A stretch of 64,000 bases of DNA from IMG/VR virus record IMGVR_UViG_2654588123_000001, positions 1 through 64,000 of that record; one strand, 5' to 3'. Numbering within the stretch: the stretch's first letter is position 1; each line of letters starts with the position of its first letter. Made by a program: the position numbers and the translations under genes. Positions 55,702 through 64,000 of this stretch are shown in pieces. The notes under the pieces were generated by a model, which was not told the origin of the DNA, did no database searches, and saw nothing but the letters and a program-made list of their open reading frames with translations. The stretch is from a virus (taxonomy: Duplodnaviria > Caudoviricetes).

Positions 55702-55976
55702 TTCAGCACCTCGGCTTCCGCCAGCAGGGCCGCATATTCCGTCGGGTCAACTTCTGACAGCTTTGCCGCACCATGTTTCTGCAACAGCGCTTTCACCTCT
55801 GCCGTGTGCCCCAGACGAGATTTGTCTGCCAGTACCGCCCGAACCTTTTCCAACGGAACCGCTTCAGCCGGTACCGTCGTTTCCGGTTTTCCGCCGGATA
55901 CCGCTTTGGATAAGGCGAGCAGTGCGTTTCCGCACCTGGCCAGTTCTGCCGCCAGTTCTTTCATATCAGCCTCCAT
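55698..55976 (-). CDS. Conserved small phage replication-region protein
   Basis: LEKVRAVLADKSRLGHTAEVKALLQKHGAAKLSEVDP pattern. Confidence 0.75.
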   Translation of the reverse strand: MEADMKELAAELARCGNALLALSKAVSGGKPETTVPAEAVPLEKVRAVLADKSRLGHTAEVKALLQKHGAAKLSEVDPTEYAALLAEAEVLK

Positions 55977-56160
55977 CCTGCGTTCCCCCTTTCACAATCT
56001 CAACCTGTTCAACCTCGTCCGCTGGGGCCAGAACCAGGATCTTCTGCTCTACCCCGAACAGCCACCGGAGTACCTTCTCCCGCAGGCAGACCGGCTTCAT
56101 GTTGATGATGCTGTCTGCCGGCGGGGTCTTGGCGATGGTAATCTTCAAATTTCCATTCAT
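55966..56160 (-). CDS. Conserved small phage protein
   Basis: LREKVLRWLFG motif; first gene after promoter copy B. Confidence 0.65.
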   Translation of the reverse strand: MNGNLKITIAKTPPADSIINMKPVCLREKVLRWLFGVEQKILVLAPADEVEQVEIVKGGTQDGG

Positions 56161-56199
56161 CGTGGCTACCTCACTTTCCGGAAACCATTATGTTTCAGT

Positions 56200-56238
56200 C
56201 TCCTACTAGGTAGCCTTTAGAAGGGTCAAAAGTTTAGG
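56200..56238 (-). promoter_or_regulatory. Copy B of the repeated putative phage-sigma promoter
   Basis: CCTAAACTTTT-GACCCTTCTAAA-GGCTACCTAGTAGGAG. Confidence 0.55.
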
Positions 56239-56241
56239 TTC

Positions 56242-56727
56242 TCAGAAAATATTTTTTATTTTTTTCTTTGCCGTTTCCAACCGCTGGCTGATTGCGCTCT
56301 TGGTAACGCCCTGGGCAGCTGCGTATTCGGTTACGCTGACACCGTCCAGGTAGACGGCAATCACCGCATCCGCCTGTAACGGGGGAAGCATTGTCCTTAC
56401 CTTCTCCCTGACTTCTTCCTCTTCCCAGCGCTTTTCTTCCTCGGCGAAATGGTCATAGCCGTCGTTGATGCCCAGTCCGTTGTTGTAATCCTTCTCCCCC
56501 GGATCGTCCCTGGTTTCCGGATTGCCCCAATGGCGATGGTGCTTGTGCCAGCTGTTGTAGTCCGGTCTGTTGAACTGTACGTCGAAGGCTTCCTGCACCT
56601 TCTTTTCCTTTTCTTCCTGCATCGCGCCGATTACACTAATACCGAGACTTACCGTCAGCTGCGCCATTTCTTCTTCGTTGATTTCCAGATACTGCGCCTT
56701 GTTTTCGTACACAACTTTTAATCTCAT
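56242..56727 (-). CDS. Sigma-70 region-4-like transcription factor
   Basis: C-terminal LPPLQADAVIAVYLDGVSVTEYAAAQGVTKSAISQRLETAKKKI HTH; QYNRPDY/HHRHW-type N-terminal part. Confidence 0.82.
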   Translation of the reverse strand: MRLKVVYENKAQYLEINEEEMAQLTVSLGISVIGAMQEEKEKKVQEAFDVQFNRPDYNSWHKHHRHWGNPETRDDPGEKDYNNGLGINDGYDHFAEEEKRWEEEEVREKVRTMLPPLQADAVIAVYLDGVSVTEYAAAQGVTKSAISQRLETAKKKIKNIF

Positions 56728-57141
56728 TAAAACGTCCTCCGTTCGTTTGGAACGGAGGACTCTCGTCTGTACAGCGATAAATGGCATTAGTAACCTAACC
56801 GCAGTCCTGTCGGGGAACCCCCCGTTCCAGAAATGCAGCGTTTCTGCTCAACGAATCGCTGTTACGATATGTTTTTGTGACCGCTACCAGGTGTGAGCCA
56901 TCGTTGATCAGGTGATGCACCTTGTAGCGGGTTCCCTGCGTAGGGATGTGTTTTGCTGTTCAGCTTAAATCATTGGGTCTTTAGTAATATCTGCCGTCCT
57001 GCTTAACCCGGGAACTTTCACAGGGCGGTATGCTTTATCCGAAGGATTAACCTTCTTCACTCATAGAATACGACATAAATTAGTATTGCCATCCTACTCT
57101 TGGAGTCGGGTCAAAAACGGCTGAAAACAGGCAAAAAAATA

Positions 57142-57178
57142 ACCGTACCGAGGTTTTTAGCCTCGATACGGTAAAAAA
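57142..57178. terminator. Terminator hairpin downstream of the regulator gene
   Basis: ACCGTA-CCGAGG...CCTCG-ATACGGT flanked by A-tracts. Confidence 0.65.
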
Positions 57179-57207
57179 TCCGACTCGCTGGGTAGGATTG
57201 GTCAATA

Positions 57208-59091
57208 TTAAATTATAAAAACATTATGGTTATTGAGAAATTTTTTAATGGAAGCCATTGATTGTCCTGACATAGTCTGCAATGCCACGTCTATCCAGAT
57301 ATGGTCTTTATTTCTATACAACAGCTCACAGGGTGAATATTGAAAGATATGGCTACTCAATTTATATGGTAGTTTCATTCCCAAACAGATAAGCGCCAGG
57401 GATTCAACCGCAGGGTCGTTTTTGCCGTTGATAATGCGGCTGACTACGTCAGGGTGCATTCCAATATTTATTGCCAGCTCTTTATAACTCAACCCGCTGT
57501 CCTTATATGCTTTCTGAAGGCAATCTACATAATCAGTTGAAAAAGATTTATACAGATTGGCATACCGATACACCTGCTCTTCCAGGATTTTCTTCTGACG
57601 TTCCGGTGGTGAAAACTGCAGTCCATCCGTATACGCAATGTTAAGGATGACTCTCGCATCTTTGTCTTTGTTCAGGTAACAGACGGTGTAATATTCATTA
57701 TCGTCACAGCCTTCAACGGTCATATCAAACGCAAGACAGCATTCGTCCATATGGTTCCGGGCATAATCCGTAAGGACGGTCATGCCCGTTTCATCGATGC
57801 AAACATATTTACCAAATGCCAGTACAAGATGGGAATCAACATAAAGATACGTGCCGTCCGATACTATTTCCTTTAGTTTCGGATTGCTTACTAACTGCCG
57901 CGCCAGGTCTTCTGCTCCGATGGTGAATGTCTGGTTTGGTTTCAGGGAACCTTTTTTAAAGCGATGCGTTGCCACATAATGGTCATCAACCCAGTTAAAG
58001 GCACCTATCGCTTCTTCACAACCTGCATCCACCATACGGATTTTAGCAGCAAGCCTGGATACATGAAAATCAATGGCAAGGGCGTCAATGACAGGCTGAA
58101 TAATATCAATGAGGTCTGTCTTGCCGGTTCTTTCCCGGTACTCCCGAATCCATTTTATGGCCCTTGTCTTAAACGCGCCCATCGGCATCTGAATTCTTGG
58201 GGTCAGGGAATTTGCCTGCCGTTCCATTATGTCGACCGCATGGCTGTCACGTCCTTTAACACCACCGACAACCCTGCAGCCAATCATACTGACATCATTA
58301 TTACAGAGCCGGTCCAGTTCAAATGCTTTCCTGTGAAAATCCCAATGAACGCACTCATGAATAATAGTGTTGTTGACCTTACCAAGATTATAGAGGAAAT
58401 ATGTCTGCGGATCCACAAGAATTGTCCGTGCCGGAACATGAATCGTTTCCATTTCACCGGTATCATCATTATACAATTCGGCATCGCAGTCCCGGAAATA
58501 AACCTGCCCGAATATGCTGCAGTCTTCGGTAATGGATCTTTGGACAACGGTCAGTCCCATGCTTTTGGCGACTTCTATAGGATCAATATATCCGGGCTGG
58601 GCAAGTCCTTTCGGATAATGCCGTTTCAGAAAATCCATTGCTGCCTGTTCACATTCGTCCCTGTAAATTACCGGAACTAGACTATCATACAGTTTCCTCT
58701 TGTATTTATCCTTTGAATTATAAATGTCGATACCATTAACAGAGAAATCGGCCAAGTCCTTATCCAAATCACCCGTACAGCGAAGTACAAACCATTGCTG
58801 CGGAAATTCAACATTATCGTAATGGTGGTCACCTTCGCAGACTTTGACATGCGCTTCAACACGGATATCAAAGCCAACCTTGCTGCCCGGAAGGTCATAG
58901 GCATCAACACGCAATACCTTCGTATCATAAAGTTCAACATCGCCTACTCTTCGTATTCTGCGTAACCGCAGGCGAAGGCGGTCAAAATCGTTATTTCTTG
59001 CATTTTCAACATGGGCTGCCAAAGAGTTGAAAATTGCATTGTCAAACCGTTTGGAAACGTATTCTTGAAATGAAAGATTACTTTTTGTCAT
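57208..59091 (-). CDS. ImmA/IrrE-like HExxH metallopeptidase fused to a C-terminal XRE HTH
   Basis: NNTIIHECVHW...MERQANSLTPRIQMP; C-terminal LSYKELAINIGMHPDVVSRII...LALICLGMKL. Confidence 0.85.
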   Translation of the reverse strand: MTKSNLSFQEYVSKRFDNAIFNSLAAHVENARNNDFDRLRLRLRRIRRVGDVELYDTKVLRVDAYDLPGSKVGFDIRVEAHVKVCEGDHHYDNVEFPQQWFVLRCTGDLDKDLADFSVNGIDIYNSKDKYKRKLYDSLVPVIYRDECEQAAMDFLKRHYPKGLAQPGYIDPIEVAKSMGLTVVQRSITEDCSIFGQVYFRDCDAELYNDDTGEMETIHVPARTILVDPQTYFLYNLGKVNNTIIHECVHWDFHRKAFELDRLCNNDVSMIGCRVVGGVKGRDSHAVDIMERQANSLTPRIQMPMGAFKTRAIKWIREYRERTGKTDLIDIIQPVIDALAIDFHVSRLAAKIRMVDAGCEEAIGAFNWVDDHYVATHRFKKGSLKPNQTFTIGAEDLARQLVSNPKLKEIVSDGTYLYVDSHLVLAFGKYVCIDETGMTVLTDYARNHMDECCLAFDMTVEGCDDNEYYTVCYLNKDKDARVILNIAYTDGLQFSPPERQKKILEEQVYRYANLYKSFSTDYVDCLQKAYKDSGLSYKELAINIGMHPDVVSRIINGKNDPAVESLALICLGMKLPYKLSSHIFQYSPCELLYRNKDHIWIDVALQTMSGQSMASIKKFLNNHNVFII

Positions 59092-59275
59092 CCATACCTC
59101 CCATCAAAAAAGAAAATTGTAATAGAACAAACATTCTACTATAATTATATCATATTGGCTATTCAGATGAAAGTTATCCACAGAAAACAGAAGAATGTAA
59201 ATGTAATAAGAACTTGTAGTTTTGATAGGCCATTTTTTGTTATAATGTAAAAAAGTGCGACAGGAGAACACCACT

Positions 59276-59923
59276 ATGGCAGAAGTGCAAATCCTTAATT
59301 CCCAGCACCCCGCCATCCAGTATCTCTGCAAAAAGGACAAGAGGCTGGCAAAGCTGATAGATATGGTTGGCGAAATTGAATACAGAACCCAGCCTGACTG
59401 CTTCGCCCGGTTGGTACGCTCCATCATCAATCAAATGCTGTCCAACAAAGCCGCCCATGTCATCGGCGGCAGGGTTGCCGCTCTTTGTGGTGGATCCATA
59501 ACGCCGGAGAATCTTTTGAAACTTGACAGGGAACAATTACGGGGTGCCGGTCTTTCATATGCGAAAGCCGATAATGTTTTGGGCATAGCAAAAGCCGCTA
59601 CAGACGGCAGCCTCGACTTCTCCAACTTCCCTACAATGTCGGATGATGAAGTGATGAAGGAACTGACGCACCTGCGCGGCATCGGTACCTGGTCAGCAAA
59701 GATGTTTTTAATTTTTACACTGAATCGGATGGATGTCCTTCCCTACGAGGATGTGGCCTTTCTGCAGACATACGCATGGTTATACAAAACGAAAGATTTG
59801 CAGCCGGCGTCCATTATAAAACGATGCAAAAAATGGAAACCATACAGCTCCATCGCTGCCCGGTATTTCTACTACGCTTTGGATATGGGATTTACCAAGA
59901 AAGCGTTTCATTTTATGAAGTAA
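59276..59923 (+). CDS. alkA: DNA-3-methyladenine glycosylase (HhH-GPD/AlkA family)
   Basis: LVRSIINQMLS; LTHLRGIGTWSAKMFLIF; DVLPYED; WKPYSSIA; TATAAT at 59241 and AGGAG RBS. Confidence 0.9.
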   Translation: MAEVQILNSQHPAIQYLCKKDKRLAKLIDMVGEIEYRTQPDCFARLVRSIINQMLSNKAAHVIGGRVAALCGGSITPENLLKLDREQLRGAGLSYAKADNVLGIAKAATDGSLDFSNFPTMSDDEVMKELTHLRGIGTWSAKMFLIFTLNRMDVLPYEDVAFLQTYAWLYKTKDLQPASIIKRCKKWKPYSSIAARYFYYALDMGFTKKAFHFMK

Positions 59924-59954
59924 GTTGCTCCCCCCAGAATCAGTTGTGTCATAG

Positions 59955-61400
59955 TTACAAATCAAGGCCTTCAGGATTCAGTTTCATTTCAGCTAAATAT
60001 AATCGGAATGCCATCTGAGCAGGAATCAGTCTGACCTGAATTCTTTGTAGGTCTAAATTGTCTAACATTTGTAAAGACACTGCACCCTTATTAATCACCC
60101 TATCTCCATCGGTAGGCATTAGAAAGCAGTTCCTAACGTACGCAAACTGATGATCCTTTATGAACTTTTGATAGGCAAGTTGATATAAATACTGTTTTGT
60201 GACTGATTCAATACCAGGGTGTGCCCTTGGTTGAACGCCTGGCTCAAGCAAAGCATTATAATACTTTGCGTCAAATATAACGAAAATCTTCTTGTCGTCC
60301 TTTTCCACAATAGTTATCAAGTCTGGTATAAGTGTATCTACAGAAGTCTTTCCCGTTATAGTCCATAAAGGCCTCTCTATTAAATCTATTAGTTTCGAGC
60401 TTGGATAATATTCTGGTCTTAAGGGAACCGGTAACCGCAAAGATGATAAGGGAGCATCTAGTTTGTTGTCCAATATATCCGCACATACCCTCTCCCAAAC
60501 AAGGCTAAAACTATTAGTGCCAAACATAGACAAACAATCTGTATCATACAAACTCCCACTATGAGCAATGTAAGCATAAATAGTTTTAAGCAGGATTTGT
60601 TTTCGTGTATTGAACTGAATGTTCAGCTCTTTTTCGATTCTGCTTAAAATATAGTCTCTATCGCCAAAATCATCTAAGAGCTCATCCGAAAGATTAACTT
60701 CTGTAATTTCAAATATTTCCAACAAATCAGCTTGACGAAGTTCTTTTGATGCAGTAGTCAAAATGCATTCATGCAGTCGCTTAAAGTAATCGTAATTATC
60801 TTCAATACGCTTTTTTGTCTGCAGATCAATATAATATGGTCGATTATCACTCAAAAACATAAACGTCTCGTTTATGGTTTTATCCCAAAGTATTTCTCCT
60901 GATCCATTGTGTTGTACAATATCTTCAGTATTTGTATAGGAACCATTTTCATAGTAATCGGTCAGAAAAAACAAAAGCACCGCCAAAAGATTAAATGCAT
61001 GATCCACGCTTGAGTTATTAAACACTCTAACGATTTGTTCTTTTTTATTAAACTTTTGAAGAACCTTTATAATCTGGTGAAGCTCTTTCTTCGGTTCGGA
61101 ATTATGAAGCAAATACTTGGGATAACACTTTAAAACACGACCAGCCACTGTAATAACCCCAACAAAGGTTAATACATACAAGTATTCGTCTTCACCGGTT
61201 TCAACATCAGCAACCTCAATATCTTCTTCAAGAAGTTCCGACATACTTCTTTGCGTGTCGGTAGCTCTTACAGCTTTAAAAACACCAAATTCTTTTAGCT
61301 TTCGGATTATAGGGACAACCTTTTCTTCAGAACATTCAAATATTGCACAAAGTTCCCTTTGCGAATATCTTTTTTGCTCACGTAGAAACTTAGAAATCAT
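59955..61400 (-). CDS. LlaJI-family (McrC-like) restriction endonuclease subunit
   Basis: GEILWDKTINET; LIPDLITI...IFDAKYY...KQYLYQ PD-(D/E)XK motif; overlaps the McrB-like gene. Confidence 0.88.
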   Translation of the reverse strand: MISKFLREQKRYSQRELCAIFECSEEKVVPIIRKLKEFGVFKAVRATDTQRSMSELLEEDIEVADVETGEDEYLYVLTFVGVITVAGRVLKCYPKYLLHNSEPKKELHQIIKVLQKFNKKEQIVRVFNNSSVDHAFNLLAVLLFFLTDYYENGSYTNTEDIVQHNGSGEILWDKTINETFMFLSDNRPYYIDLQTKKRIEDNYDYFKRLHECILTTASKELRQADLLEIFEITEVNLSDELLDDFGDRDYILSRIEKELNIQFNTRKQILLKTIYAYIAHSGSLYDTDCLSMFGTNSFSLVWERVCADILDNKLDAPLSSLRLPVPLRPEYYPSSKLIDLIERPLWTITGKTSVDTLIPDLITIVEKDDKKIFVIFDAKYYNALLEPGVQPRAHPGIESVTKQYLYQLAYQKFIKDHQFAYVRNCFLMPTDGDRVINKGAVSLQMLDNLDLQRIQVRLIPAQMAFRLYLAEMKLNPEGLDL

Positions 61401-63625
61401 TGTTTCTCCCTTTCATCAGGTATAGTCGCATTGACAGCAGAACTAATTTCTGTGCAGAAAGCAAATATACCCTTTGTTTCAAATGCCCTGCAAACTTCTG
61501 AGTATTTAGTCGAATCCACATCTTCAGCAAACAAGGAGGAACGCTTTTGCTTTCCTGCATCATCAAACAAATACATTAGAACTTTGTTTTTGAAAGCATT
61601 GATAAAAATCTCTGGTATTATTTCAGAATCCTGTGGAACAACTTTACGCGAGAGGAAGTACGGCCCGAGTAGTTTGTCTTCATTGATTCTAAAACTACTT
61701 AGGCATTCATTAATTGCCCTTCTAAAACTATTCCATTCAACAATACGAGCATTGTCGTTTTTCCCTAGGGTTACTGTCTTACCGGCAATCCCGCCCTCTC
61801 CATCATTGATTCCTATATAAGTAAAATCCCATCTCCGCTTGAATGCTGTATCCATAGGGAATACACCCTGATCCGCACTATTCATCGTTGCCCACAAAAA
61901 CATATTGTTTGGAATGCGTATTTTACTGAAATCTTCTTTATCACCCCCGAGTTCTTTCGCGAGGTATTTTTTCATATCTTCTGTCGCCTGAATCGGATAC
62001 TCACTGACATTATCGTCATCTCTATCGAGTAACTGAAAAATATCACCAAAAACCGCTGCAACATTCGCACGATTGATTTCTTCAATAATGAGCAGAAATG
62101 GACGAACGTTAGCCGTTCTGCCATTTCTCAGGGCGTTTACATAAACACGCATGAAGGGACCGGGTACATACTCATAAGTAATCACATCACCAGCAGGTAC
62201 CGGTTTATATGTGCCAACAAAATTTGCATATGCATAATCCGGATGGAACGTTACACGCTCATAATCAGCCTCATTATTTTCACCTAACAATTTTATTCGC
62301 TCAGAATTTAGCAAATAACTCTTTCCAGTGCCAGGAGCGCCAAACAAAATCCTGTTAAGCTCGAAGTCCGTTTTTAGATTTGTCTTATAAACTACAGTAC
62401 TTTGATCCGTCATACTGTTTTGGATTCCTTCTGTTGATAAAGCATCAAAATATTTTTTATATAAAAACAGACGATTTGCCCCTTTTGTCAATTCATAGCA
62501 GGTAGTCAACTGACCCTCCGACTCTGGCAGTTTTTCTCCATCAGTAAACTTCATTTTCCAAGAGCCCCGCCTACAATGCGCCATGTGTTCAGAATCATCA
62601 TAGAAATATGGACTTATAGCGTCTACCATAGCTATAAGTTTTTCACCATCCATAACGACAAATATATCGGTATTAGCTGCTTCATAGAATCTTTTCATTT
62701 CACCCGCTTTTCGAGAAGCGGTTTTTTTATCCATGCTTGGGTATAGAGAAGCAAGCTTCGTGGCTAATTCTTTTTTGTCAATAGAACCATTCTTAAGGTA
62801 CTCAACTAAATCATCCGTTTCGTTCCATCCAATAGCCACAAGTCCTTTGCTACGCCATTCATCAGCATAATTTCCTGAATCATCCGAGGAGCCTAACCTA
62901 TAGAAATGTCTAACATTGCCAAACATTTTATAACACACCTCACCAAAATGAGGAGCTGGCAATTCTGTATGTTTACGAATGAGATTTAGCTGACCGTTCT
63001 TGACGTATTGTTTGTCTTCAGGCTTTATACCAAAGGCAAGGAGGTAATGATCAATCCAGGAGGAAACATACCAACTGACAAATTTGTCTGGGAAAATCAT
63101 ATGAAAATATTTTTGAACCCACGCAAAACCAGAAATTTTTCCCATTATTTCGTTCAGAGATTTGTCCAAGGCAGCATATTCCTCAATAGATACAAGATTA
63201 CTTTTACCAATTAAATCGCATCCAGCAATCACTGAATCTCTAATCTGCTTGCCTAGCCTCAGAGCATCCTCCTCCGAAAGCACTTCTGGACTAGAGGGAG
63301 CACCAGTTACCCACTGATTGTCTTCCTGTCGCTGAAATAGTCCATATTTAAAAGAGGACCCTCCTGATATACTGCCAAAATAACTTTTAATCTTAGAATC
63401 GAATTCAAGATAATAGCAGAGGCTTGTATTATCTCCTTCTACAGACAGAAACATACTTCTCAAAAGCTCTGCATCAGGCAATGCTTTCAATTGCTCAGGA
63501 CCAAATCTTTCTTGAAATGACTTGTACGCCTGTTGTATATCTTCTATTGATGCCGAAAAGGAAAAGTGAGTTAATTTTATATAATTTCTTACTGTTTCTG
63601 CTGCTTTTACATACAAGTCTTCCAT
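61397..63625 (-). CDS. McrB-like AAA+ GTPase with N-terminal DNA-recognition domains
   Basis: FGAPGTGKS; VTFHPDYAYANFVG; IEEINRANVAAVFGDIFQLLDR; TMNSADQ; MDTAFKRRW. Start moved to ATG 63625 (RBS GAGGGG). Confidence 0.92.
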   Translation of the reverse strand: MEDLYVKAAETVRNYIKLTHFSFSASIEDIQQAYKSFQERFGPEQLKALPDAELLRSMFLSVEGDNTSLCYYLEFDSKIKSYFGSISGGSSFKYGLFQRQEDNQWVTGAPSSPEVLSEEDALRLGKQIRDSVIAGCDLIGKSNLVSIEEYAALDKSLNEIMGKISGFAWVQKYFHMIFPDKFVSWYVSSWIDHYLLAFGIKPEDKQYVKNGQLNLIRKHTELPAPHFGEVCYKMFGNVRHFYRLGSSDDSGNYADEWRSKGLVAIGWNETDDLVEYLKNGSIDKKELATKLASLYPSMDKKTASRKAGEMKRFYEAANTDIFVVMDGEKLIAMVDAISPYFYDDSEHMAHCRRGSWKMKFTDGEKLPESEGQLTTCYELTKGANRLFLYKKYFDALSTEGIQNSMTDQSTVVYKTNLKTDFELNRILFGAPGTGKSYLLNSERIKLLGENNEADYERVTFHPDYAYANFVGTYKPVPAGDVITYEYVPGPFMRVYVNALRNGRTANVRPFLLIIEEINRANVAAVFGDIFQLLDRDDDNVSEYPIQATEDMKKYLAKELGGDKEDFSKIRIPNNMFLWATMNSADQGVFPMDTAFKRRWDFTYIGINDGEGGIAGKTVTLGKNDNARIVEWNSFRRAINECLSSFRINEDKLLGPYFLSRKVVPQDSEIIPEIFINAFKNKVLMYLFDDAGKQKRSSLFAEDVDSTKYSEVCRAFETKGIFAFCTEISSAVNATIPDEREKQ

Positions 63626-63641
63626 AAATAATTCCCCTCTC

Positions 63642-64000
63642 TTATAATTTGATAATCCAGTCTGTGTTATGATCAAAGTCCCCATAGAAATCAAACCAAT
63701 CCTTTTTAAAGCTATCCTTTTTAAAGAACCAGAATGTCTGCGAATTACACATCTGTTTGCATATATCACCAATTAGACTGGCACTTCTAATAGAAACGCT
63801 TGATAGAGTAATAACATTGCCATTAGTATTAAGTTTAAATAAAGGAGTTTGATTCATTATTTTAAGCCAATCAGACATATTCCTTCTCGCCCGGGTAAGC
63901 GCAGGAAGATCTTCTCCTGCATGACGACTTTGTAGTATACATGCACAGCAAGCTTTTAAATCCGTATGCTTCAAGCAGCGCACGACGTACCTCTGCATTT
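63642..64000 (-). CDS. C-terminal part of an ORF entering from the right edge, function unknown
   Basis: Open frame from the window edge to a stop 17 nt before the mcrB-like start. Confidence 0.45.
   Translation of the reverse strand, partial: MQRYVVRCLKHTDLKACCACILQSRHAGEDLPALTRARRNMSDWLKIMNQTPLFKLNTNGNVITLSSVSIRSASLIGDICKQMCNSQTFWFFKKDSFKKDWFDFYGDFDHNTDWIIKL

Larger units (their letters stand above)
6760..59091 (-). mobile_element. Temperate siphovirus prophage with tandem large serine recombinases (boundaries approximate)
   Basis: Co-oriented regulation, replication, packaging, head, tail, lysis and recombinase modules. att sites were not identified. Confidence 0.93.

Noticed and set aside
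6900-56209. Many plus-strand ORFs of 60-390 aa across the prophage
   Set aside because: They are antisense shadows of well-supported minus-strand genes, with no domain signatures.

Overview
Probably a Negativicutes (diderm Firmicutes; Acidaminococcaceae/Selenomonadaceae-like) chromosome segment; this is inferred from the outer-membrane autotransporter combined with Firmicutes-type phage genes. About 52 kb (~6.8-59.1 kb, almost all on the minus strand) is a largely complete siphovirus-type prophage. From right to left it encodes: a HExxH-peptidase/HTH regulator; a sigma-70 region-4-like factor; a replication module (DUF2800 nuclease, DUF2815 SSB, family A DNA polymerase, P4-type primase, VRR-NUC, SNF2 helicase with an in-frame TGA); an AT-rich accessory cassette; HNH and TerS; two DNA methyltransferases with small accessory genes; TerL; an HK97-type head; a lambda-like tail; two tail-fibre-like genes; a radical SAM/SPASM enzyme; holin and GH25 endolysin; two overlapping spanin-like ORFs; and SHOCT plus two large serine recombinases. 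The left flank has a Nif11-type RiPP precursor, a truncated Sel1 gene, a 1668-aa autotransporter and a DUF262 remnant. The right flank has an AlkA-like glycosylase and an McrBC/LlaJI-like restriction pair. The strongest candidates for undescribed systems are (1) a SPASM radical SAM enzyme translationally coupled to a repeat tail-fibre gene ending in a YYDEY-(GEGSG)n tail, and (2) an AT-rich cassette encoding a Zn-ribbon protein, a coiled-coil/PLD-nuclease/NTPase fusion, a degenerate resolvase and a small membrane peptide, a candidate anti-phage system. All calls come from reading motifs by eye; no database searches were run.
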